Assembly: GCF_009914755.1 (NCBI RefSeq)
Contig: NC_060933.1
Reading direction: 5' to 3' (one strand)
Length of the DNA stretch: 64,000 nucleotides
Source: the human T2T-CHM13v2.0 reference genome, Homo sapiens
Shown: positions 40,006-54,164 of the stretch, piece after piece
Numbering within the stretch: the first letter of the stretch is position 1
Layout of the letters: every line of letters starts with the position of its first letter
Made by a program: the position numbers and the translations under genes
Notes under the pieces: generated by a model
Told to the model about the DNA's origin: nothing
Seen by the model: the letters and a program-made list of their open reading frames with translations, nothing else
The model's database searches: none

Positions 40006-43000
40006 GGGACAAAGGTGTCAGACTGGAAGCAGCTTATATACATCACCGTCATGAAGAGGAAATGAGAGGGCTGGTGAGCACTGACCCTACAGGCCAATTA
40101 TATGAGAAACCATGTGAGGATCTATCAAGAAAGGAGGGAGACACAAAGAACAGAGAGGAGTGAAGCTGGACAACATCCTTTCTGGGCTCAGCATGAAGCC
40201 AGGAGAACCTCTCCAACATGGGAAAGGTTGAGTGAGTGAGAGACTCCTGGGTATTCACACTCTCCACAAAGACCTGTTTAAGACTGGGAACAGGAGAATT
40301 CACCTGGCCCCAGGACACCCCCACACCACCCTTCTAGACTGGAGCAGAGAGCCATCTAGATGTTTTTCAGGGGCAACTCTTGAGTCAAAGAGGCCCTCTA
40401 CAAGCCTTGGGCCCCAGAGAACACCAGCACCAGTGACATAGCCATAGTAAAGGACACAGTCATGGTACCTGGGAGAAGTAAATTTGCCCCATCCCCCTCA
40501 CCTAATGGGACTTGGTGCTAGCTTCCAGCCTAGTGGTCCTGCTTCAGCCTCAACTCATCTGACAGCTGCATCCTCCTGTTGTCTTGGGAAGCCATCTGGA
40601 TGGCAGGGCAGGTGATCTAACCTACCCCCACCATTGGTGGCCAAGCAGGCAACACATGCTTGAGCTTCCAGCTCAGCAGTCCCACTTATGTATGAACTCA
40701 GCCAGAGGACACAGCCTCCTGTTTTCCCTGGAAACACCTGAGCTGTAGTAAGTCTAGCTTGTCTGGCTACTGCTGGTGACCCAGCCACTCCCACCACTAG
40801 TAGCCAGGCAGGCTAGGCTTACTGCTAGAGCTTCCAGTCCTGTGGTCCTAATTCTGTGTGAACTCAAACAGTTAATGCAGCTTTCTGTTGTCCTAGGAAA
40901 TGCCCAGACAGCAGGGCAGGTGACCCTATTTACCCAAACCATTGGTAGCCAGGCAGGCAACATTTGCTAGAGCCTGTAGCTCAGCATTCCCACTTTAGCC
41001 TGAACTTTATGGGCAGATGTAATCCCATGTTTCCCTGGTAAGCACTCAAACAGAGAATTAGGGCCAACCTGGCAAGAATATGGCCTGTCTGCCAATTGCA
41101 GCTTCTACCTGAGGGAGCCCTGTGGACCAAAACACTCAACAAAAGAAATGTGAGCATGGAGACAGCCAAGACCCAGGAGCAAACCAGAGTCAAAGCCAGA
41201 GACTCAACCTATGTTATACCAGAATCAAAACCCCAAGGGAATCAAAGAAGATAAAAGCAAAAAACAACCATACAAACAAACAAAAACACACATTAAAAAA
41301 ATCCAAAATATAAGAACATCCAAACAACAGCAACTTCAAATATAGAAGAAAAATCAGTCAGCACAGGTGAGAAAGAACCAGTGTAAGAACTCTGGCAACT
41401 CAAAAGCCAGAATATCTTCTTACCTCCAAATAACCACACCAGTTCCTTAGCAATGGTTCCTAACACGGCTGCAATGGCTAAAATGTCAGAAATAGAATTC
41501 ATAATATGGATAGGAATGAAGATCACTGACACTCAGGAGAAAGCAGAATCCAATCCGAGAAATTAAAAAATATCATGAAAGAATATAGGAGATGAAAGGT
41601 GAAATGGACATTTTAAAAAAGAACCAAACTGACCTGATAGAGCTGAGAAACTCACTTTAAGCATTCCATAATACAATTGCAAGTATTAACAGCAGAGTAG
41701 GCCAAGTTAAGAAAAGAATTTCAGAGCTTGAAGTCTGGTTCTCCAAAATAACCCAGCCAGACAAAAATAAAGAAAAAACAATAAAGAATAATCAACAAAA
41801 CCTCCAAGAATATGGGATTATGTGAAGTCACCAAATGTATCATACACTCCCTTCCCTGAAAGGGAGGGAGAGAAAGTAAATAACTTGGAAAACATTTGAG
41901 AATATCACCAGTGAAAATTTCCCCAATCTTCCTAGAGAGGCCAAAATTCAAATCCTGGAAATGCAGAGAGCCCCTGTGAGATGCTATACAAGATAACCAT
42001 TCCCAAGACACATAGCAGATTCTCCAAGGCTGAAATGAAAGAGAAAATGTTAAAGGCAGCTAGAGAGAAGGGGCATATCCCTTACAAAGAAAACCCTATC
42101 AGGCTAAAACTGGGCCTTTCAACAGAAATCCTGCAAGCCAGAAGAGATTGGAGCTCTTATTAAGCATTCTTAAAGTAAATAAATTCCAACCAAGAATTTC
42201 ATATCCAGCCAATCTAAGCTTCATAAGTGAAGGAGAAATAAGATACTTTTCAGATAAGCACATGCTAAAGGAATTCATTACCACTAGACCTGTCTTATAA
42301 GAGGTCAGTGAGGGAGTGCTAAATTTGAAAAAGACTATTACCAGCCACCACCAAACACACTTAATTACATAGATGAGTAATACTATAAAGCAACCACACC
42401 GTCAAGTCTGCATAGTAACTAGCTAACAACATGATGACTGCATCAAACCTGCACATATGAATATTAACTTTGAATGTAAATGGGCTAAATGTCCCAATCA
42501 AAAGTCACAGAGTGGCAAGTTTTATAAAGAAGTAAGACCCAACTGTATGCTCTCTGCAAGGGACCCATCTCACTTGCAGTGACACCCATGGGCTCAAAGT
42601 ACAGGGATTGAGAAAAATCTACCAAGTAAATGAAAAACAGAAAAAAGTAGGGGTTGCTATTCTAATTTAAGACAAAACAGACTTGAAACCAACAATGATT
42701 GCAAAAGACAAAGAAGGGCATTACATAATGATAAATGTTTAATTCAACAAGAAGACTTAACTATTCTAAACATATATGCACCCAACAGAGGAGCATCAAG
42801 ATCTATAAAGCAAGTTTCTTACAAAGAGACTTAGATAACCATGCAGTAATTGTGGGATATTTCAACCCACTACTGACAGTACTAGACAGATCATCAAGGC
42901 AGAAAACTAACAAGGATATTCAGGACCCAAACTCGACATTTGACCAAATGGGCCTAACAGACATCTACTGAAATCTTCACTCAAAACCAACAGAATATAC

Positions 43001-43522
43001 ATTTTTCTTATCTGCACCTGGCACATACTTGAAAATTGACCACAAAATCAGCCATGAAATACTCAGAAAATTAAAAACTGATATCATACCAACCACACTC
43101 TCAGACTACTGCACAATTAAAATAGGAATCAATATTAATAAAATTGCTCAAAACCATATAATTACATGCAAATTAAACAACATGCTCCTGAATAATTTTT
43201 GGGTAAATAATGAAATTAAGGCAGAAATCAAAAAGTTATTTGAAAGTAATAATAAGAAAAATACAACATACCAGAATCATTGGAACACAGATAAAGCAGC
43301 TGTAAGAGGGAAGTACACAGAGCTAAACACACACATCAAAAAGTTAGAAAGATCTCAAATTAACAACCTAACATCACACCTAGGGGAACTATAGAAATAA
43401 CAAAAAATGAACCTCAAAGCTAGCAGAAGGTGAGAGATAATGAAAATCAAAACTGAACTTAATAAAAATTGAGATGCCAAAAATACAAAAGATCAACAAT
43501 TTCAAAAGTTTGGTCTTTGAAA

Positions 43523-43621
43523 TTATATATATATATACATATGTGTATATATATATAGACATCAATCATATATATGTGTGTGTATCTATATATACACACA
43601 TATATATATGCATGATTGATG
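43523..43621. repeat. (TA)/(CA) tract with inverted-repeat structure inside ORF2
   Basis: catcaatcat 43560-43569 and atgattgatg 43612-43621 flank self-complementary repeats. Confidence 0.85.
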
Positions 43622-44170
43622 GATTGATAGGTAGAATAATAAAGAAGATACAAATAAACACAATCAGAAATGACAAGGGGCCATTAAAATTAACCCTAGA
43701 GAAATTTAAAAAAATCCTCAGAGACTACTAAAAACACATGTCTATGCATAAAAACTAGAAAACCTAGAAAAAAAATGGATAAATTACTGGAAACATACAA
43801 CCTCTTAAGACTGAGCCAGGAAGAAATTGGATCCCTGAACAGACCAATAATGAATTCCAAAATTGAATCAATAATAAAAAGCCTACCAACCAGAAAAATC
43901 CCAGGACCAGATGGATTCACAGCCAAATTCTGTCAGATGTATAAAGAAGAGCTGGTAACAGTCCTACTATAATTATTCTAAAACACTGAGGAGGAGTAAC
44001 TTCTCCCTAACTCATTCTAGGAATCCAGCATCATCCTGATATCAAAACCTGGCAGAGATACAATAAAAAAGGAAAACTTCAGGCTAATATCTTCAATGAA
44101 CATAGATGCAAAAGTCCTCAAGAAAATATGAGCAAACCAAATTCAGCAGCACATCAAAAAGTTATTCTAG

Positions 44171-45404
<1,234 letters not shown>

Positions 45405-47629
45405 AAAAGACTCAGTAAAATTCAACATCCCTTCATGTTAAAAACCCTAAACACAGTAGGCTTTGAAGAAATATATTTTAAAATAATGAGAGCCATCTAT
45501 GACAAATTCTTAGCCAATATCATACAGAATGGGCAAAAGCTAGAAGCATTCCCCTTGAAAACCAGAATAATACAAGGATGCCCTCTCTTACCACTCCTGT
45601 TCTACATAGTATTGGAAGTCCTAGTCAGAGCAATTATGCAAGAGAAAGAAATAAAAGGCATCCAAATAAGAGAGAAAGTAAAACTATCTCTGTTTGCAGG
45701 TGATATAATTCTATACATGGAAAGCCCCATAGTCTCTTCCCCAAAGCTCCTAGAACTGAGAAACAACTGTAGAAATGTTTCAGGATACAAAATCAATATA
45801 CACAAATCAGTAGCATTCTTAAAAAACATTCAAGCTAAGAGCCAAATCAAGAACTCAAACCCATTCACAATAGCCACAAAATGAGTAAAATACCTAGGAA
45901 TACAGATAATCAGGGAGATGAAAGATCTCTACAACAAGAAATATAAAACACTGCTCAAAGAAATCAAAATTGACACAAATGGACAAATATTTCATGCTCA
46001 TGAATACGAAGAATCAATATTGTTAAAATGACCATATTGCTCACAGTTATTTACAGATTTAATGCTGTTTCTATCAAACTACTGGTGAGATTCTTCACAT
46101 TATTAGAAAAAACTATTTTAAAATTCATATGGAACCAAAAACAGCTCAGATGGCCAAGGCAATTCTAAGCAAACAGAACAAAGCTGGAGGCATCACATTA
46201 CTTGACTTCAAATTAAACTGCAAGGCTAGAGTAACCAAAACAGCATGGTACTGGTACAAAAGCATACACATAGACCAATGGAACAGAATAGAGAGCCCAG
46301 AAATAATGCTCCATACCTACAATCACCTGATAGTTGACAAAGTTGACAAAAACAAGCAATGGAAAAAGAAATCCCTATTCAATAAATGGCTCTAGGATAA
46401 CCAATTAGCCATATGCAGCAAATTGAAACTGGATACCTTCTTTACACTATATACGAAAATAAACTCAAGATGGATTAAATACTGAAATGTAAAACCTGGA
46501 ACTATGAAACTCCTAGAAGAAAACGTAGGAAATACCATTCTGGACATAGGCCCTGGCAAAGATTTCATGACAAAGATGCCAAAAGCAACTTCAACAGAAA
46601 AAAAGTAGTGACAAATTGGACCTAATTGAAGAGCTTCTCCTCACAGCAAAAGAAACTATCAACAGAGTAAACAGAGCCCTCAGAAAGGAAGAAAATATTT
46701 GCAAACTATGTATCTGACAATATCTACTATCCAGAGTGTATAAAGAACTTAAATTTGCAAGAAAAAAACGTTAAAAAGTGGGCAAAGGACATGAACAGAC
46801 ACTTTTCAAAAGAAGACATTCACATGGCCAGCAAGCATATGAAAAAGTGCTCAATGCCACTAATCATTAGAGAAATGCAAATCAAAATGACAGTAAGATA
46901 CCATCTTACATCAGTCAGAATGGCTATTACTGAAAAGTCTAAAAAATACACAGATGCTGGCAAGATGTCGGAGAAAAGAAAACACTTAAACACTGCTGCT
47001 GGGAATATAAATTAGTTCAGCCATTGTGGAAAGCAGTTTGGCAGTTTCTCAAAGAACTTAAAACAGAATTGCCACTTCACCCAGCAATCCCATTATTGCG
47101 TATATTTCCAAAGGAACATAAATATTTCTACCATAAAGAAATATGCATGTGTATGTTTATTGCAGCATTATCCACAATATCAAGGAGATGAAATTAACCT
47201 AAATGTCTATCAATGGTAGACTGGGTAAAGAAAATGTGGTACATATTCACCATAGAGTACTATGCAACCATAAATAATAAGATCATATCCTTCGCAACAA
47301 CATGGATAAAGCTGGAGGCCATTATTCTAAGTGAGCTAACAGAGGAACAGAAAACCCAATACTACATATTCTCACTTATATGTGGGAGCTAAACATTAAG
47401 TAGACATGGACAAAAGAAATAAACAGTAGTCACTGGGGTCTACTTGAGGGTGGCGGGTGGGAAAAGGATGAGGATCCAAAAACTACCTATCAGGTACTAT
47501 GCTTATTACCTGGGTGACGAAATAATCTGTACACCAAACTCCTGCAACATGCAATTTATCTATAAAGCAAACCTGCATGTGTAGTCCTGATCTCAAAAAT
47601 AAAATTAAAAAAATAAATAAAAATAGAAA

Positions 47630-49210
47630 CAACAGCAGCCAAAAAAATTGGCATTTTCTCATAAAATTGAATACATAATTACCATATATCCTAGAAATCT
47701 TATTCCTAGATATTTACCTTAGAGAAATAAAAAGTTACTTTCACACACAATCTGTATAAAGTGTTTACAAAAGTTTCATTAATAATTTCCAAAAACTGGA
47801 TATAACCCAAATGTGCTTCAGTAGGTGAATGGATAAAAAAATTGTGGCATGTCTACATAATTGAATGCTAATCAGCACTGAAAAGGAATGAAATACTGAT
47901 ACACATAAAACTTGGATGAATTTCAAAATCTTTAAGCTATATCAAATAAACAAGTCTTGAAAAGTTACATGCTATATGATTCCATTTACAAAATATCCTG
48001 GGAAAAGCAATATTATAGTAAAAAAGAGATTATCAGTGACTGCCACAGATAGGGAGTGGGCATGAGTACAAAATGATGGTATGAGAGTCTCTTGGGCTGT
48101 TAGAACAGTTGTTTATCTTGATTGTAATGGAAATTACATGAATTTATACATATATTAAAATTCATAGAACTGTACATACAAAGACAATTTCATTATATGA
48201 TAAAAACTAAAATTTTCTCCTATGTTATCTTTTAGGAATTTTGTAATTTTATGTTTCACATTTAGATCTGTCATCCATTATTTATTAATTGATTTTAGTT
48301 GACAAAAATACTGTATATATTTATCATTATAATGTGATTCTTTGAAATATATATACATTGTAGAATAGCTCAATTGAGCTATTTAACATAAGCATGACCT
48401 CAAATACTTATTTTTTTGTGGTGATAACACTTTAAGTCTCTCTCATTTTCAAAATACAATACATTTTTATTAACTGTACTCCATTTTGACTTAATTTTTG
48501 TGAAGAATGTAAAGTTTATGTTTAGAATCTAGATGATCTTGAATTTGGTGATGACTTTTTATATACAACACACGAAATAAGGAATTGATAAGCTGGGTTT
48601 TATTAAAACTAAAAATTTCTGACCTATGAAGGACACTGCCAAAAAAATAAAAAGATAGGCTACAGATTGGGAGAAAATATTTGCAAAAGGCATATCTAAG
48701 AAGACTGTTATCCATCATATACCAGAAACTCTTAAAACATGACTATTAAAAACCAAACAACCCACCTATGACAGGAAGGGGAACATCACACACCGGGGCC
48801 TGTCGTGGGGTGGGGCGGGGGGTTGCATTAGGAGATATACCTATTGTAAATGACGAGTTAATGGGTGCAGCACACCAACATGGCACATGTATACATATGT
48901 AACAAACCTGCACGTTGTGCACATGTACCCTAAAACTTAAAGTATAATTAAAAAAAAACCCAATTAAAAAATAAGCCAAAGATACCTCACCAAAAAAGCT
49001 ATATAGATGACAAATAAGGATATGAGAAGATGCTGCATATCATATGTCATCAGGGAAATGTAAATTAAAATGACAATTGGATACCACTGTACACATATTA
49101 GAATGGCTAAACTTCAGAGCACTGACAACGTTGAAAACTGGCAAGGATGTGGAGTAACAGGAATTCTCATTCTTTACTGGTGGGAATTTCAAAATGATAC
49201 AGCTACTATA
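47630..49210. mobile_element. L1MB/L1MA fragments, mixed orientation
   Basis: Sense L1MB 47630-48210 and 48570-49210; antisense pieces 48210-48560 including an L1MA8-like 3' end. Confidence 0.7.
48770..48958 (+). mobile_element. Short L1PA4/5 3' end
   Basis: acaggaaggggaacatcacacaccggggcc...aaacttaaagtataattaaaaaaaaa. Confidence 0.93.
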
Positions 49211-49339
49211 TTCACTATTAACATCTAACAAATTAAACAAGTAATAAAATATAAACCCTAAGGCCTCAAGATATGTGAATGAACTATATTCTTTGAACAA
49301 GTAGGAATCTTAAAGTGTACTGTAACAGTTTACCAGGAT

Positions 49340-52300
49340 GACTTTATGTTGGAGAAAGCTAAAGACCCAGACCTTCTGGGGATTATTGGATGCCAACTCT
49401 TAATGTACTTTAATCACTAGAAACCAGAAGTTCTCTATGCTTCACCAGTTACAGTAGGGTCCCGTGGAGATCAGAGGATGGATGAAGTTTTGGCCCAATT
49501 TTGTTTCACAGGGTTTTGTGGGCCTAACTACAACACTCTAGTTGTTTCTCCACTTTCAAAATGTATAATGGAAACAGATGTGCTTAGTTAACTGCAGAAT
49601 TCTTACATTAATTTTTGAGGGATGGAGGGAGGGCCTCTTCACAATGTCATTATCTTCACTGATCATTGCTATATCACAAGGAAACAAAGGTCAACCTCTT
49701 TGGTGGCCCTTCAACTCTAACTGTTACCTTCTCAGCCATGATAGAGCTGCAAGATCCAGTTCTTTGCTTTTTTTGTGGGGGATTGTGCCTTGTATCTGGT
49801 TGCTATATGGCCTTATGGGAAATATTGATAAAGAAAGTCAAGCTCGCTTCAATGTGTTTTCATTTAGTAGCCTTCTAAAATTTTGAATCATCAAGTTCTG
49901 AAGGTCATGGTCATACTCCAGTGCTGGGACTTTAAAGAGCCTAGGTATTTTCTTTAAAAGTCAACTTTTGTAACTGTTCCTGGAAGGTTGTTTGAGGAAT
50001 TTTTAAATGCCAGGAAAATTTACTTTTTGTTATAAAAGTAAGTAGAACAGTGCATCCGTTCTTATCTGTTGATTAGCAGAAGTTGCTGTATGGATGTCAC
50101 ATGGATGCCCTCAATCCACTGAGTATTGGCTGAATAGCTTCCCCACACTGTGACTGCCATCACACTAGCTCTGTAGGCTCTCCCGTCTCTTGCCAGTATT
50201 TGCCTGCAAGCTGCCAGTTTTGAAGGGGGGCAGCACAAGGAAAACCTTAAAACAGGTTCAGGCTGTAGTGCAAGCTGCCCAGCCACTTGGGTCCTTATGA
50301 CTCAGTACATCCAACTGGAAAGATCTGCAGCAAACAGAGATGCTCTATGGAGCCTCTGACAATTACTAATAAAGTCTCTAGGGTTTTGGAATAAGTCATG
50401 TCTTCTTCTGCAAACAACATACTCTTAATTTGAAAGCAGTTGAATGTTTAGAGCAGCTGAAAGGCTGCATACACAATTACTGGACACCAAATAACTACTT
50501 GAGTCAAACTAATCATGAAATGTGTCTTAGTAATTTATTGAACCTTACAATTGGACATGTACTTTAGCATTTCACTGTAAAATAGAAATATCATACAGGA
50601 GTCAGTGCCCTAGCAAGTGCAGAAGGTTCCAGGAAATAGCACAAGCAGGTACAGCTTTCCATGGCACCTGCTCCCATTGCTTTACAGCCTCACCACAATC
50701 CTCATCCCATGAGGAATGACTTACCATGTGTCAATGGATACCAAAAGTAAAAAATTGAATTACAGATTGATTTACATGCTTTGCAGGCACCTGCCAAAGT
50801 GGATGGTTGCTGCCTCATGTCTATATTCAAGCATGACCCCCCAAATAGTTGATTTCCAGTTGGCATATCTCTGGATGTCACATTCGTTTGTCTACTTCAT
50901 GTGGAAAGAACGATTGACTGAGATGTGTATTACAGTGCCTCATGGAAAGAGGCAATCCTTTGTCTGTTGAGGAATTACCAAGATCAAGATTTAAAAAAAA
51001 TTGGTGATAATGAGGTCTCAAGAAGAAATATGTGGATGGTCCTCTACATATGTAGAATACATATGTAGCAAATATGTATTCTACATAAATGCTACAAGAG
51101 GGCATTTATTACTAGAGGAGAAACTAACAAGGTAAACATGACAAATTGTTGTGTGGATGTCATCTTCTCATGCCCTCTGTCTTCTGATGCTTTCTCTATG
51201 TGTCTGTCTAGAAGGTGGCCATAGTGGCAGAGATTAAGGCTGTGGAAGATGCTGCCTGTGTGCTCTGCCAATATGCCTTGAACCCTACATTTTCAATATG
51301 TTTAGATGACTTCAAACTGCCGGCATCTGCATCTGTGTCTAAGCATTTTTTCCTGGCCATTATTTTCCATACATGCATCACACCCAGATTTCCTGGGAAA
51401 TTAATACCACTAGGATCGGACTTCAACCACTGACTTACGGGAGAGTTAATGCATAAATACCTCAGCTTCCTCATATTGATATGGGTTGGTGCTGAGGTAT
51501 ATGTTTTACACTTTTCCTCAGAGGTTCTCCTTGAATTAAGCCCGCTTGCCCACTGTGGTAGCTGGCATAGTAACTCAGCACTTATTGGCTGTCCTCTTTT
51601 CCCCGTATCACTTTATCATTCCACTGCTTGTTTTCACTGGAGTCCCAAATAAACCTCCTGCATTACAACCATTTTATTAGTATACGTTTCCAGTGCAATT
51701 GAGGCTGGCTACTCCTACTTCTGAGTGCCCAACATTCCAACAACAGAGACCAAGGCTGAATCTGTAATATGTCACCATTTCCTATAGATTCCAGTAAGTT
51801 CCCTCATAATGATGATTACATTAAACCCGGTCCCTCATACAGGGCAAGACAATATAGCCTCACAGAGTGAAAAGATATTTCTGGTAAGTATTTGCAGTCT
51901 AAACAAAAAGCTCTTCCACCAGCATCATACTTAGGACTTTATGGAATATGTAACCCATTGTATGGTATTCTCATAAAACAACATCTCTGACCAAGGGCAT
52001 ACTAAGGAATGATGGCAGTGGCTCACAGCCATCGAATTCATTAGTCTTTCTCTGTGCTCCACTAATAAGAAGAAGTTAGATTGATATTATGATGAAATTT
52101 TGTTGAAGATTTAACTAATGGCATTAGCTGGGAGATAATATCATGAGATAGAGATACTAACCTAAAAGGTTCAGTAATATGTCTTAGACCAGTGCCCGGT
52201 TATCTCATACCCAGAATGTACAGGTCGGACAAGAGATGAAAATATGTGTGACTACTCTAAATAATGTACTTTATAACACTTGAAGATGATTGTTGCCTGC

Positions 52301-52700
52301 TTTGACATTTTTAGGCATTGATCAGTTTTCAGGTCCTTGTGTACAAGGGAGGATTTTTTTTTCCCCCACTGTAGGACAGAATCATGGGTCTACTTAATTG
52401 GATGCTGACAATACCACCTGCAATTTTAGGTTCCTCATTCTGCTGTACCAATAGTTAAAGAAGGAGTCAGTGTTCTTGACTCCTATAACAAAGTAGGAAT
52501 GTGGTTTCTGGTATACAATGAGGGCAAGGAAGACTATTTCTAAAACACGGGAGATTCATTGAGACACCTTTTAGTATTCTCTTGACAAACTGTTGTTGTC
52601 AATGAAAAACTAAAGCAAAGTGCTGTGGGTGATTAAAGATTGCATGGATTGGGTGGTAGAAATAGATAGCTGTGATTAACTTAGGCTTAATGATCTGCAA
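49340..52700 (+). mobile_element. Degraded ERVL internal region (protease, RT-connection/RNase H, integrase remnants)
   Basis: cagaccttctggggattattggatgcc (QTFWGLLD-type protease site); caggttcaggctgtagtgcaagctgcccagccacttggg (QVQAVVQAA.PLG); gatgattacatt integrase motif. Confidence 0.72.
51241..51700 (+). mobile_element. LTR16-type ERVL solo LTR nested in the ERVL internal region
   Basis: taaatacctcagcttcctc, ttgcccactgtggtagctggc, tcccaaataaacctcctgca. Confidence 0.7.
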
Positions 52701-53749
52701 CAGAAGCAGGTACTGAAACACATTTGTTTTATGTAAATTATTTTTTCTTACCGCCACCTACTTTTCTCACATTATCCTATATAAACAGCATTGCTGGCAC
52801 CTAGTATAAAATATTTGGTTTCAGATAGAAATCCAACCAAATTGAAATGATCTCATGATGATGTGAAAGTTGAAGGAAATTTTGCTGTACTTTATTTTGA
52901 AGATAGAAAATTTTACTTGAAAAAAGGACAATAAATTAATCTTAGAGGCAAAAATAGTAATGACACTCTGGTTGTCATCTGAGGTGTCCCTAAACTACTC
53001 AAGCATTTGTAAGAATATTTTTAAAACTCTTCTCATATACTCAGTTTGAGTATACATCTGCCATCTATTTCTTGCTTGAACCTTGGTGAATGCACTGTTG
53101 AAGTCATACTTTCAGAAGAAGAGTATGTTTAGGTTACATAAAATGTTAAACTGCCACTAAGATACAACATAGTTTATTGCATTAGACCAATGTTTTTTAA
53201 AATTTTTATCACCATGTTTTATACTCCCTTTTTCTACAGAAAATTACTTACTGAACTCTATCACAGATCTTTTTTGTTTTGTTTTTAGTTTTACAGGTTC
53301 CTTATATGTGTTTTATCTTCTAGATTATAGATAATATTAAAGGCATGTTTTATGTCTTACACGGATGTTCATAAAATAATATAATCCAGTATTATATACT
53401 GGTATGTACTAAATAAAGATTTATGATATAAATTGCATTATTCTTAAAACATAGTAAATAGAATGAGGTGTATTAGGAGGAATAAATCTTAAAATAATGA
53501 GCTCAACAGTTTCTCCAATATAGAATGCTTTTGTTCTGAACAAAAGAAACAACTCATGGAACGTCTCTATTGTTTAGAAACACTGCCACACTGACTTAGA
53601 ATATTGTTATCAAAGTGATGTGAACATTAACAACTTTCAGTAGCCATTAAGAAATGTGAAAGATGATTAATGTATTTTACTAATAAAACTTATTTAAAGA
53701 TTCAGCAAAAGAATGAGGAGTTCAGTATAAAAAGAATTTTACATTGTTT

Positions 53750-54164
53750 GATGAGTTTATCCTTATTTAGTCATTTTTTTCTTCCAGGCCCCAGAGTATA
53801 ATAAATACATCCAGGTAGAATAAACTGACACAAGCCATTTCCAACTTTCTTTGGTTTCATTTTGATATAATCCCACTAGTCTTCAAGTTCTTCCTTACTT
53901 TCTGAAACAAAAGTATATACTAAGTTAGTATTATACTCTCCCTGTCCCAGACCTATAATCAACTATTCTCCAAGGAATTTTTAAGTGGAGAATGGTGCTA
54001 TTTGAACATCATTGCTTCTAAACCTCTCAGTGAATATATACACATGTACATATAATATTATATAGAATATATATCTTCATACATAGTATATATAATCATG
54101 AATTTGTATCAATATCCTGCATTTATATCTAATATTACAGCTTCCTCCCCAACTTGCATTTCTT
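53750..54164 (-). mobile_element. L1MC-type fragment (host; resumes about 61417-62000)
   Basis: ccctgtcccagacctataatcaactattctccaagga; gaaatcccaatcacatcaatacatttactcatttgc. Confidence 0.6.
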
